Part shown: positions 42,604 through 52,008 of the stretch, piece after piece
Numbering within the stretch: position 1 is the first letter of the stretch
Layout: each line of letters starts with the position of its first letter
Source: Candidatus Binatia bacterium
GTDB taxonomy: Bacteria; Desulfobacterota; Binatia; UBA9968; JAJDTQ01
Direction: 5' to 3'
Length of the DNA: 64,000 nucleotides
Assembly: GCA_963666515.2 (NCBI GenBank)
Contig: OY762897.2
Span: forward strand, 1,952,001-2,016,000
The notes under the pieces: generated by a model
What the model was told of the DNA's origin: nothing
The model's database searches: none
The model's input: only the letters and a program-made list of their open reading frames with translations
Program-made: the position numbers and the translations under genes

Positions 42604-44093
42604 GACGACGCCCTCGCTTTCCGGCTCGAGATCCACGGCAGGCACAGCATGAGGATGCTCAGCAGCATCAGCACGATGGTGACGGGCCGGGTGAAGAAGA
42701 TGGCGTAGCTGCCCGCTGAGATCTGCAGCGACTGCACGAAGGAAAGCTCGGCGCGGACTCCCAGCAGAAAACCGATGACCAGCGTGACCAGCGAGAAGCC
42801 GAAGCGGTTGAAGGCGAAGCCCAGGATGCCGGCGGCGATGGCGATGCCGATGTCCCAGACGTTCTCACGGGCGGCGTAGGCGCCGCCGACGGACAGCAGG
42901 AAGGCGGCCGGCACCACGAATCCCACGCGCAGGGTGGTGACCCGGGCCAGGATGTCGGCGCCGAAGGCGGCCATGAGGCTCGCCAGGAAGTTGGATATCA
43001 CGAAGCCGAAGATCAGCACGAACACGATGTCCATGTGCTCGCGCACGAAGAAGAAGCCGGGCTGCAACCCGTGCAGGATGAAGGCGCCCAGGAGCACGGC
43101 CATGCCGGCGCTGCCGGGGATGCCGAAGATGATGGTGGGCAGCAGCGCGCCGCCGTCCTTGGCGTCGTTGGATGCCTCGGAGGCGATGATGCCCTCCGCG
43201 GTGCCGGTGCCGAACTTCTCCGGGTTCTTCGAGAACTGCACGGTCATGGAGTAGGAGAGGAAGTTGGCCAGCACGCCGCCGATGCCGGGGATGATGCCGG
43301 CGAAGATGCCGATGGCCGAACTGCGCACCAGCGTCGTCTTGTGGTGGAAGACTTCCAGGAACCCCCTGAAGGCGCCGAACAGGCCCACCTTGAGGCGCTC
43401 GCCGCCCTCGGCGATGGTCTCGCCGCGCAGCACGTGGTTGACCAGCTCGGCGATGGCGAACAGCCCGATGAAGAACGGCACCAGCGGGATGCCGTCCCAC
43501 AGGTAGTTGTCGCTGCCGAAGTTGAAGCGCAGCACGCCGTGTACCGGGCTGAAGCCGATGAGGGAGAGCAGCACGCCGATGCCGGCGGAAACGAGTCCCT
43601 TGAGCATGTTGCCGCGGGCGGCGTAGGCCACCGTCAGGAGGCCGAACACCACCAGCATGAAGAACTCGGGCGGGCCGAAGGACAGCACGATGATCTTCAC
43701 GAACGGGATCAGGATCATCAGGAAGCACATGCCCACCACGGCGCCCAGGAAGGACGAAGCCGCGGCCAGCCCCACCGCCCGGCCCGCCTCGCCCCGGCGG
43801 GCCATGGGATGCCCGTCGAAGCAGGTGGCGGCGTTGGGCGCCTCGCCCGGAATGTTGAGCAGGATCGCGGGAACCGAGCCGCCCTCGGTGGCCGCCCCCA
43901 TCATGCCCGCCATGAGGAACATGGCGGTTTCGGCGTCCCACCCGAAGGTGAAGGTCATGCCGATGGTCAGGCCGGCCAGAAACAGCCCGGGGAGCGCCCC
44001 CAGGATGAGGCCGGAGACGGCGCCCACGGCCAGCACCAGGAGGTTCATGGGCTCGCTGAGCATGCCCATGGCCTGGAGAAAGGGTTCCCACAT
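42600..44093 (-). CDS. tctA: Tripartite tricarboxylate transporter large permease TctA
   Basis: Motifs GALPGL, GGSVPAILLNIPG, TCFDGHPMARRGEAGRA, FGPPEFF and ASEASNDAKDGGALLPT..FGIPGS. Confidence 0.95.
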   Translation of the reverse strand: MWEPFLQAMGMLSEPMNLLVLAVGAVSGLILGALPGLFLAGLTIGMTFTFGWDAETAMFLMAGMMGAATEGGSVPAILLNIPGEAPNAATCFDGHPMARRGEAGRAVGLAAASSFLGAVVGMCFLMILIPFVKIIVLSFGPPEFFMLVVFGLLTVAYAARGNMLKGLVSAGIGVLLSLIGFSPVHGVLRFNFGSDNYLWDGIPLVPFFIGLFAIAELVNHVLRGETIAEGGERLKVGLFGAFRGFLEVFHHKTTLVRSSAIGIFAGIIPGIGGVLANFLSYSMTVQFSKNPEKFGTGTAEGIIASEASNDAKDGGALLPTIIFGIPGSAGMAVLLGAFILHGLQPGFFFVREHMDIVFVLIFGFVISNFLASLMAAFGADILARVTTLRVGFVVPAAFLLSVGGAYAARENVWDIGIAIAAGILGFAFNRFGFSLVTLVIGFLLGVRAELSFVQSLQISAGSYAIFFTRPVTIVLMLLSILMLCLPWISSRKARASS

Positions 44094-44130
44094 GGATTCG
44101 GTCCTCGAACGCGGCCCTTGAAACCGGTCC

Positions 44131-45114
44131 TTACTTGGCCTTGGCGGCTTTCCGCATCTCGTCGAGATTCGCCTTGAACAGGTTCTCGTAGTACTTCAGG
44201 TCCTCGCTGACCGTGGATGCCGGACCCTCCACCAACTGGATGGACGACGAGTTCTTCCAGTCCACGTAGTCCTTGTCCCTCATGGCCTTGAGCAGCAGGT
44301 CCTCGAGAGTCTTGGCAATGTCCGCGGGGATTCCCGGCGGGCCGCCGAAGGCGCGCAGGTCGCTGAAGTAGATGTCATAGCCCATTTCGAAGGAGGTCTT
44401 CACGTCGGGGGCGTTGACGGCGCGCTTCCTGTCCAGTTGGGCGACCGGACGCAGGTCCGTGCCGAGATAGGAGGTCACCGACGGATGGTCGATGGGCTGG
44501 GCCCAGATGTCGAAGTCGCCGCGCAGGAGCGCCGGCAGCGACTCGCCGGTGCCACGATAGCCGGCCACCACGTGAAAGTCGATGCCGAATGCCTTGGCGG
44601 CCAGGAACGAGCCCAGCCACCGTCCCACGCCGATGCCCTCGACGCCCCAGGTGATCCGCTTGGCCTTCTGCAGGTCCTCGATGGTCTTGTAGGGGCCCTT
44701 GGCCGATACGTGAAGGCCGAAGGGGTCCGCGCCCACCCGGGCGAGCCAAGTGTACTTGCTGGTCTCGAAGCCGACCGGCGTTTCCGACAGCATCTGGTCC
44801 CCGAGCATCCCGGAAGCCTGGAAGTGGGCGATGGTGTAGCCGTCGGGCTTGGCGCGGTACATGAACACCGAGGCGCGGCGCCCGGCGGCGCCGGTGACGT
44901 TCTTGACGATGACGTTTACGCCCTTGGGCAGGAACTTCTTCATGCTCCGGGCGGTGGCGCGGGCGATGGCGTCGTAGCCGCCGCCGGGAGAGAACGGCAC
45001 GATGATGTTGATGTTGCGGTCGGGAAAGGCGGCCTGGGCTTGGGACAGCGGCAGGCTCGCGGCGAGGCCGAGCACGGCCGCGCCCAGCAGGATTTTCGTC
45101 ATCGGATTGCGCAT
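44131..45114 (-). CDS. tctC: Tripartite tricarboxylate transporter substrate-binding protein (TctC/Bug)
   Basis: Signal peptide, FP.R.I.IIVPFSPGGGYD..AR, VKNV.GA.G, AKPDGYTI and Y.G.GE...ALL.G. GGAGG precedes ATG 45114. Confidence 0.93.
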   Translation of the reverse strand: MRNPMTKILLGAAVLGLAASLPLSQAQAAFPDRNINIIVPFSPGGGYDAIARATARSMKKFLPKGVNVIVKNVTGAAGRRASVFMYRAKPDGYTIAHFQASGMLGDQMLSETPVGFETSKYTWLARVGADPFGLHVSAKGPYKTIEDLQKAKRITWGVEGIGVGRWLGSFLAAKAFGIDFHVVAGYRGTGESLPALLRGDFDIWAQPIDHPSVTSYLGTDLRPVAQLDRKRAVNAPDVKTSFEMGYDIYFSDLRAFGGPPGIPADIAKTLEDLLLKAMRDKDYVDWKNSSSIQLVEGPASTVSEDLKYYENLFKANLDEMRKAAKAK

Positions 45115-45228
45115 GGTGGTCCTCCCATGTTTTCGTCGAAACGGGTTTGAGGTCGGCGTCGGTCGCTGCAACGGGCTAAAGTAACGTCGCCGATGGCCGA
45201 TATGAGAAAGTAGGCGATTAAACAGAAC

Positions 45229-45257
45229 CTTTTATGGGTGTCCCCCGGACTTGTCAA
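45229..45257 (-). promoter_or_regulatory. Putative sigma70 promoter for tctCAB
   Basis: TTGACA-17 bp-TAAAAG on the minus strand. Confidence 0.5.
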
Positions 45258-45360
45258 GGGTCGCAGGCAAATTGTCCGTCGAAAGTGGCCGGAAACAAAC
45301 GGGTTCGAGGGGCCTGGGACCTGGGAAGCGGGAGCCGGGCGAGATCCCTCGGAGTTTGGA

Positions 45361-45389
45361 TTGACTCGGCACGGCGCAAGCGATAAGGT
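45361..45389 (+). promoter_or_regulatory. Putative sigma70 promoter for ssb
   Basis: TTGACT-17 bp-TAAGGT about 40 bp upstream of the ssb ATG. Confidence 0.5.
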
Positions 45390-45427
45390 CCACGCAAACG
45401 TGGTCGAAACCCATTCATGAGGTCGTC

Positions 45428-45853
45428 ATGTCAGTGAACATTGCAATCGTCGCAGGGAACCTTGGCAAGGATCCGGAAGTCCGTTTCACACAGAGCGGCC
45501 GCGCGGTAGCCAACTTCTCCATAGCCACCAACGAGTCCTGGGTCGGACAGGACGGCAACCGCCAGGAACGCACCGAGTGGCACAACATCGTGGTGTGGGG
45601 CAAGCAGGCCGAGACGTGCGGCCAGTACCTCGCCAAGGGACGGCAGGTGCTGGTCCACGGCAGGATCCAGACCCGCACCTACGAGGACAAGACCGGCAAC
45701 ACGCGCTACATTACCGAGATCGTCGCCCAACGAGTCCAGTTCCTGGGCGGCGCGGGCGGCGCCCGCGCATCGCAGGAGCCGCAGGACCAGGGCTTCGGCG
45801 ACCCCTCCCCGTCGTTCCAGTCACCGCCCATCGACGACGACATTCCCTTCTAA
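45428..45853 (+). CDS. ssb: Single-stranded DNA-binding protein
   Basis: Motifs SVN....GNLGKDPEVR, ERTEWHNIVVWGKQAE and YLAKG.QV; acidic tail DDDIPF. Confidence 0.98.
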   Translation: MSVNIAIVAGNLGKDPEVRFTQSGRAVANFSIATNESWVGQDGNRQERTEWHNIVVWGKQAETCGQYLAKGRQVLVHGRIQTRTYEDKTGNTRYITEIVAQRVQFLGGAGGARASQEPQDQGFGDPSPSFQSPPIDDDIPF

Positions 45854-46045
45854 GGTCACGCCGACCCGTTGCCATTTCAAAGCTATGGCAACCGTGAAAA
45901 CGAACGTTCCTGAATATGCATTGTCGCGGCCCGCAACGGTCGAGGGACGGCCTTTATTCACCATTGGAACAAACAATCGGACACATTTTGATGTGTGGAC
46001 GAATAATGCGCATTTGCACGTTTTTTGCCCTATTGAAAAGCTGCA

Positions 46046-46903
46046 ATGCGCGAAAAGAAGACCCGGCTGCTTTCGAGCCGTTCAAAGAGCCAGATCAGGG
46101 ACTTCGTCGAGGATGAGAAATCCCTCGGGCGGGCGACCAAAAGCCAGATCGCGGCGGCCATCGGCATTCGCCCCAGCCATTTCTCCAACCTGCTGAACGG
46201 CCGCAACGAGTGGAAGCTCAACCAACTGGAGAAGCTGGCGGATTTTCTGGGCGTGTCGATCGCGCGACTGTTCGAGGAACGGGGCGCGGACGCCGCCGGC
46301 AGTGCCTCAGGAGAGAGCGGACCGACTCTGTCGAACGACAGGGTCATCCGCGCGGTGAAGACCGAGAGCCGGCACCTGCGCCGTGGACTGCGCTCGGACC
46401 TGGATGCGCTGCTGCGCGAGCGCCTCAACGACATGCGGGCGGCCGAACCCGACGACTCCGCGCCTGACAGGACGCCGGCTACCTACCTGGACACGCCCGT
46501 CAACCTCACCAGCGCGCTTCCCATCGAGATCCGCGACCTCGACGCCCGCTACGATGGAGCGCCGGCCGAGCCGACGACCGAAACCCTCTGGTTCGGACGC
46601 GATTGGTTGCGCCGCCAGGGGCTCGATTCCACCCAGTGCCTGATCATCCGGGTACAGGGCAAGTCCATGGAGAAGACGCTGCCGGACGGTTGTTCCGTGC
46701 TGGTGAACCGGGGCCAGCGGCAACGGCGGGCAGGTTGCCTCTACGCGTTGCGCACGGATGACGGGCTGGTGGTCAGGCGCGCCGGCAGGGACAGCGGCGG
46801 CGGTTGGCTGCTGGAGAGCGATCACCCCGGCCGGAAGCCGGTCGCATGGCCCGACGACGCCGAGGTCATCGGCCAGGTCCGGTGGATGGCGCGGACGTTC
46901 TGA
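46046..46903 (+). CDS. XRE-HTH + S24-peptidase-like transcriptional regulator (CI/LexA-like)
   Basis: N-terminal HTH (KSQIAAAIGIRPSHFSNLLNGR..LEKLADFLGVS). C-terminal IRVQGKSME.TLPDG..VLV, LVVRR, LESD.P and VIGQVRW. Confidence 0.88.
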   Translation: MREKKTRLLSSRSKSQIRDFVEDEKSLGRATKSQIAAAIGIRPSHFSNLLNGRNEWKLNQLEKLADFLGVSIARLFEERGADAAGSASGESGPTLSNDRVIRAVKTESRHLRRGLRSDLDALLRERLNDMRAAEPDDSAPDRTPATYLDTPVNLTSALPIEIRDLDARYDGAPAEPTTETLWFGRDWLRRQGLDSTQCLIIRVQGKSMEKTLPDGCSVLVNRGQRQRRAGCLYALRTDDGLVVRRAGRDSGGGWLLESDHPGRKPVAWPDDAEVIGQVRWMARTF

Positions 46904-46924
46904 CCGCCGCCCGGAGAGCCTTTC

Positions 46925-47797
46925 CTATCCCCACCGGACGTTCACCAGGATCGCCCCGCCCACGGTCAGCACCGCGCCGGCCGGCACCCGCCAGGTGATC
47001 CCCTCGGCCCGCCGCAGCACCACCAGAGAGAGCAGCACCACGAACAGCGGCGAGGTCTGGATCACCGGCAGCATCCGGTAGACCTCGCCGAGTTGAAGGG
47101 CGCTGGCGTAAAGGAACTTGCCGAAGCCTTCGATGGCGCCGGCGACGATGAAGAATTGCCAGCTCGCCCGGACGTTCTCCCGGATCCGGTCCCTCCGCAC
47201 CGCCAGGGTATACGCCGCGACCACCACCAGGGCCGAGAAGATCGCCACCGCCGTCCCCGCCACCGTGTCCGGGAACGCCTGGATGCCGGTGCGCCAGCAC
47301 AGCGCGGCGACCGCGCCCGCCACCGCGGCGCCCAAAGGCCAGAGCATGTCCACCCGGCGCCAGCGGCCCTCCCTTGCCCCGGACGAGATCACCCCGATGC
47401 CGCCCACCACCAGCAGGATGCCGGCGAGGTTGTACCAAGCGGGCTCCTCGCCCAGGAACGCCATGGCCAGAAAGGCCGCGAAAATGGCCGAGCTTCCCTT
47501 GATGGGGGCGGCACGGGAGACGCCGATTTTCGATATCCCGATGAAGAACAGCACGAAGAAGAGGCCGGGGTTGCAGGCTCCTCCCGCGGCCATCCACAGG
47601 TAGTGAGCGCCGAAGGCCGGGAACTCGGCGCCGGTGGCGGGAATGATCACCAGGAACATCACCACCGAGGCGGTGAGCGCCATCATCGCACCCACCACCG
47701 GGTCGGCCCGGTGCAGGCCGAAGCGCGCGGTGACGTCGGCGAAGGCGTAGGCGAGGGAAGCGCCGAGGGCGAACAGCAGTGCCGCGTCGATGAGCAT
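46925..47797 (-). CDS. DMT/EamA family transporter
   Basis: About 10 hydrophobic helices; GISKIGVSRAAPI, FLGE and PVIQTSPLF. Confidence 0.88.
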   Translation of the reverse strand: MLIDAALLFALGASLAYAFADVTARFGLHRADPVVGAMMALTASVVMFLVIIPATGAEFPAFGAHYLWMAAGGACNPGLFFVLFFIGISKIGVSRAAPIKGSSAIFAAFLAMAFLGEEPAWYNLAGILLVVGGIGVISSGAREGRWRRVDMLWPLGAAVAGAVAALCWRTGIQAFPDTVAGTAVAIFSALVVVAAYTLAVRRDRIRENVRASWQFFIVAGAIEGFGKFLYASALQLGEVYRMLPVIQTSPLFVVLLSLVVLRRAEGITWRVPAGAVLTVGGAILVNVRWG

Positions 47798-47942
47798 GGG
47801 CGTCCGCCATCCGTACCAGATTACCGCCGGGGAGTGAAAGACGGCCCGCTGTACCGCCTTGTCGTGAAGACGCGACCTTGACCCTTGCGCACGCCAGTTG
47901 TAATAAAAAGACGCAGGAGCCTGCGTCGCAGGAAAACACGTT

Positions 47943-47966
47943 GTAGGGGCGGGTTTCAAACCCGCC
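47943..47966 (+). repeat. GTAG-type REP-like palindrome
   Basis: GTAGGGGCGGGTTTCAAACCCGCC, intergenic. Confidence 0.78.
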
Positions 47967-48032
47967 TGCACCGCTGTCGGTCGGTTCAGCGCCGTCAGGC
48001 TCATATTCCGGGCCGAAAAGGAGAGCGAAGAC

Positions 48033-48944
48033 ATGGCTGATCTGGTCAAGATAAACGTGGAAAGCGCCGAGGCCGTCCTGGGCCTTCACTGGTTCGTGGC
48101 AAAGGAAGAAGGCCTTTTTGAGGAAGAGGGCATGGAGGTCGAGATCTTCCTGCCCGGCGTGCGCGCAACCAAGTTCGCGGACGACGACCCGCGCCGCACC
48201 GACCACACCCTGGTGAAGTCCACCAACTACCAGTTCCTGTACGAGCAGAAGAAGGTGGACATCATGCGGGCCTGTTCATGGGGACAGGTGCGGCGGGCCT
48301 ACGACAGCGAGCGCGGCGCCCCCATCTGGACCAAGCGCCCGGCGGTGGTGTGCCAGGGCATCTACGTCCTGCCCGACTCGCCGGTGAATGCGCCCATGCA
48401 GCTCGCCAACAAGAGCGTCGGCGTCCAGTACCACCAGGGCTCCCACTACCACACGCTGTCCCTGCTGGAGGGCTTCGTCGCCCGCGAAGAGATGAACGTG
48501 GTGCACGCCGGCACCGTGCACGAACGGTTCATGGCGCTGGAGAACGGCGAGGTGGACGCAGCCACGCTCATGGAACCGTGGATCTCGCTGGCCCAGAAGC
48601 GCGGCTACAAGATGATCACCGAGGGCCACTACCTCGGCGTCGAGAACGGACCCGCCGACATGGACCCCGATCTGCTCAAGCGCATGCTGCGGGCCATCAA
48701 GAAATCCGTCACCTACATCAACAAGAACCCCAGGAAGTACATCAAGCACATGCTGGCCGAGATCCCGGAGCATTACGCCAACGAGCTTACCGAGGACGAC
48801 TTCTACCTGCCGCGGCTGCGCTACGTGGACCCGGAGCCCTACACCGAGGAGGAGTTCGAGCGCCAGTACAAGTGGATGCTCACCTGGAACCTGATCCCGG
48901 AGGACGCGGACTACACCGAGCTGGTGTGCAACGTGACCGTGTAG
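48033..48944 (+). CDS. ABC-type substrate-binding-fold protein (NMT1/TauA/SsuA-like), no evident signal peptide
   Basis: Motifs WFVAKEEGLFEEEGMEVE, L.NK.VGV....GSHY and ALENGEVDAATLMEPW. AAGGAG SD upstream. Confidence 0.8.
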   Translation: MADLVKINVESAEAVLGLHWFVAKEEGLFEEEGMEVEIFLPGVRATKFADDDPRRTDHTLVKSTNYQFLYEQKKVDIMRACSWGQVRRAYDSERGAPIWTKRPAVVCQGIYVLPDSPVNAPMQLANKSVGVQYHQGSHYHTLSLLEGFVAREEMNVVHAGTVHERFMALENGEVDAATLMEPWISLAQKRGYKMITEGHYLGVENGPADMDPDLLKRMLRAIKKSVTYINKNPRKYIKHMLAEIPEHYANELTEDDFYLPRLRYVDPEPYTEEEFERQYKWMLTWNLIPEDADYTELVCNVTV

Positions 48945-48984
48945 GCGTACCGCTACAGGCGAGACGATGACGAAGGCCCGCGCT

Positions 48985-51387
48985 TCACTTCGAGGCGCGG
49001 GCCTTTTCCATTTGCTCCCACACCCGCTCGGGCGTGAGCGGCAGGTGGTCGAAGGTACAGCCCAGGGGCTCCAGGGCGTTCTCCACCGCGTTGCAGATGG
49101 CGGCCGGCGCGGGGATGGCGCCGCCTTCCCCCACCCCCTTCATCCCCAACGGCGTGTACGGCGACGGCGTCACCAGGTGGTCCATCGCCACGTCGGGGAT
49201 CTCCACCGCGGTGGGCTTGAGATAGTCCACGAAGGTGGTGGACTTGAGGTTCCCCTCCGCGTCGTAGTCGAACTCCTCGAACAGCGCCGCGCCGATGCCG
49301 TGGGCGGTGGCTCCCTGCACCAGCCCTTCCACGATGGACGGGTTGAGCACGGTGCCGCAGTCGTGCACCACGCCGTACTTGAGAATGGTCACGCCGCCGG
49401 TGTCCGGGTCCACCTCGACGATGACCCCGTGGGCGGCGTTGCTGGCGAAGAGCTGGTTCCGCACCCGGCGGTTCTCGTCGGGCACGTTGGCGATGTCGGG
49501 CTTGTAGTAGAAGCGGCCCTCCAGGCCGGGCTCCATGTCGGGCGGCAGCGACAGCAGGTCGCGGTAGGCCACGAAGGCCAGCTCGCCCAGGGTCTTGCGG
49601 TGCTCGTGGCGGTCGCGGGCGTGCACGCCGCCGTCGGCCAGCTCCAGGTTCTCCACCGGCTCCTCCAGCAGGTGGGCCGCCAGTTCCAGCAGCTTGTCGC
49701 GCACCTTGCGCGCCGCGCCCAGGATCGCGCCCACGTCGGTGCCGGCGAACTTGTTGGAGTAGTTGCCGGTGGCGTAGAGCCAGGGCGTCACCGCGGAGTC
49801 GAAGAACGGCGACACCCGGACGCCGTCCATGGCGACGCCCAACTCGTCGGCGACGATCTGTGCCGCCGCGGTCTCGTGCCCCTGCCCGCTGCCCACGTCC
49901 CCAAGCAGCACCAGGATGCTGCCGTCGTGCTCCACCCGCACCATGGCCGCCTCGGCCGCGCCCGAGGCGCTGCGCCGGCCCGACGAGAGGATGTAGGCCG
50001 AGGCGTTGGAGGTGCTGGGCTCCAGCCCGATGGCGATGCCGATGCCGAGGTAACGCCCTTGGGCGCGGGCCTCCCGCTGCTCCCGGAGGAAGTCCTCGTA
50101 GTCGATGAGCGGTAGCAGCTTGTCCAGGGTGCCGTTGAAGTCGCCGCTGTCGATGAGCGCGCCGCTGGGGCCGGTGTAGGGCATGGCGTCTGGCAGGACC
50201 AGGTTCCTGCGCCGGAGATCGATGGCGTCCATGCCCAACTCGCGCGCCAGGTAGTCCATCATCCGTTCCATGGCCAGGCACATGAACGGCTTGCCGATGC
50301 CCCGGTTGGCCCCCGACGGGCACTTGTTGGTCATCACCGAGTTGACCTCGTAGCGCACCACCGGGATGCGATAGCAGTTGGTCAGGTTGCCGAGCTTGAG
50401 GATCGAGTGGACCGTGGGATTGAGGACGTTGGCGCCCTCGTCGGCGATGTCCCGCACCTTCATGCCGAGGATGCGGCCTTCCTCGTCCAGCGCCGCCTCC
50501 AGGTCCATGACCCCGTTGCAGGCGTGGATCAGCGCCATGAGGTTCTCGCGGCGGTCTTCCAGGTAGTGCACCGGCCTGCCGCCGCTCAGCTTGGACAGCA
50601 GCGCGGCGATGATCAGGTAGTGGGCCTTGCGCTTGTTGCCGAAGCCGCCGCCCACGTCCGGCGTGACGAAACGGATCTGCGAGTGGGTGAGGCCCAGGCT
50701 GTGGGCGACGATGGGCATGGCCTGGCCGGGCCGCTGGTCGTTGGACCAGATGGTGAGCTGTTCCCGGTGGTCGTCGTAGACCGCGGTGCAGCCGAAGGTT
50801 TCCAGCGCGGTGGACGAGTACCGCTGGATGTAGAAGCGTTTCTTGAGCACCCGCGCGGCGCGGCCGAAGGCCTCGTCCACGTCGCCGTAGTCGAAGCGGT
50901 CCTGCCACATGACGTTGGTGCCCATGGACTCGAACAGCAGCGACGCGTCCGGCTCCATGGCCGCCTCCGGGTCCACCGCCGCAGGCAGCGGCTCGTACTC
51001 CACACGGATCTTCTCCAGCGCGTCTTCCGCCAAGTAGCGGCTTTCGGCCAGAATGGCCGCCACCGGCTCGCCCACGTGGGTCACCTTGCCGTAGGCCAGG
51101 CAATAGGCATCGAGCGCCACGGGGATGGGGATGAGGGAGCGGAGCGGCTCGCTCATGCGGCTCGCGTCCTCGCCGGTGAGGCCGCACACCACGCCGGGCA
51201 TCTCCAGCGCCTCGCTCAAGTCCACCTTCAGGATGCGCGCGTGGGCGTGCACGCTCCGCAGCAGCGCCACGTGGAGCGTGTCCGGGAACTTCATGTCGTC
51301 GATGTAGGTGCCCCGGCCGGTGGAGAACCGCAGGTCCTCCCGGAGCGGCACCGCCCGGCCCTTCCATTGCGTGGAGGAAGCTTCCAT
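48985..51387 (-). CDS. Second xanthine dehydrogenase/CoxL-family molybdopterin-binding large subunit
   Basis: Motifs REDLRF.TGRG.YIDD, DVGGGFGNK, ANRGIGK, SGQGHET, HDCG..LNP.IVEG and KGVGEGG. Confidence 0.95.
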   Translation of the reverse strand: MEASSTQWKGRAVPLREDLRFSTGRGTYIDDMKFPDTLHVALLRSVHAHARILKVDLSEALEMPGVVCGLTGEDASRMSEPLRSLIPIPVALDAYCLAYGKVTHVGEPVAAILAESRYLAEDALEKIRVEYEPLPAAVDPEAAMEPDASLLFESMGTNVMWQDRFDYGDVDEAFGRAARVLKKRFYIQRYSSTALETFGCTAVYDDHREQLTIWSNDQRPGQAMPIVAHSLGLTHSQIRFVTPDVGGGFGNKRKAHYLIIAALLSKLSGGRPVHYLEDRRENLMALIHACNGVMDLEAALDEEGRILGMKVRDIADEGANVLNPTVHSILKLGNLTNCYRIPVVRYEVNSVMTNKCPSGANRGIGKPFMCLAMERMMDYLARELGMDAIDLRRRNLVLPDAMPYTGPSGALIDSGDFNGTLDKLLPLIDYEDFLREQREARAQGRYLGIGIAIGLEPSTSNASAYILSSGRRSASGAAEAAMVRVEHDGSILVLLGDVGSGQGHETAAAQIVADELGVAMDGVRVSPFFDSAVTPWLYATGNYSNKFAGTDVGAILGAARKVRDKLLELAAHLLEEPVENLELADGGVHARDRHEHRKTLGELAFVAYRDLLSLPPDMEPGLEGRFYYKPDIANVPDENRRVRNQLFASNAAHGVIVEVDPDTGGVTILKYGVVHDCGTVLNPSIVEGLVQGATAHGIGAALFEEFDYDAEGNLKSTTFVDYLKPTAVEIPDVAMDHLVTPSPYTPLGMKGVGEGGAIPAPAAICNAVENALEPLGCTFDHLPLTPERVWEQMEKARASK

Positions 51388-51396
51388 GGGGAACGG

Positions 51397-52008
51397 TCAG
51401 CCTTTCGCGGGCGCCCGGTCGTCGCCGCTCGCCGGCGGCGAAGTCCCGCGCGCCCCGGCGTGCGAATCAACCGGGCCGGACATGAGCGGCGCCGCGGCGC
51501 GCACCGCCCGGATGATGCCGGCGTAGCCGGTGCACATGCACAGGTTGCCGGACAAGGCCTCGCGCACCTGCGCCTCGGTGGGGTCTGGACAGTGCTTCAG
51601 CAGGTCCACGGCCGCCAGCAGCATACCCGGCGTGCAGAAGCCGCACTGGAGCGCATGGTGGTCCACGAACGCCTGCTGCAACGGACTCAGTTCCTGCTCG
51701 CTGCCGAGGCCCTCGACGGTGACGATCTCGTGACCGTCGGCCTGCACCGCGAACAGAATGCACGAACGAATCACCTCGCCGTCCATCAGCACCGAGCACG
51801 CGCCGCACACGCCGTGCTCGCAGCCCACGTGGACGCCGGTAGAGCCCGCGTCCTCGCGCAGGAAGTCCGCGAGGGTCTTGCGCACATCCACCGCGGCCTC
51901 GCAGCGCGTTCCGTTGACCGTCACGGAGACGGTGCGCCTGTCAGGCGTTGCGTCCGTCGGGCGTTGCGCCGATTGGCTCGTCGATTCGTTCGTCAATTCC
52001 GGCTCCAT
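51397..52008 (-). CDS. (2Fe-2S)-binding small subunit
   Basis: Motifs GCEHGVCGAC, QCGFCTPG and GNLCMCTGY. Confidence 0.93.
   Translation of the reverse strand: MEPELTNESTSQSAQRPTDATPDRRTVSVTVNGTRCEAAVDVRKTLADFLREDAGSTGVHVGCEHGVCGACSVLMDGEVIRSCILFAVQADGHEIVTVEGLGSEQELSPLQQAFVDHHALQCGFCTPGMLLAAVDLLKHCPDPTEAQVREALSGNLCMCTGYAGIIRAVRAAAPLMSGPVDSHAGARGTSPPASGDDRAPAKG

Noticed and set aside
45428-46903. Prophage remnant (ssb + CI-like gene)
   Set aside because: The ssb looks like the housekeeping type, and no structural, integrase or replication genes flank it.
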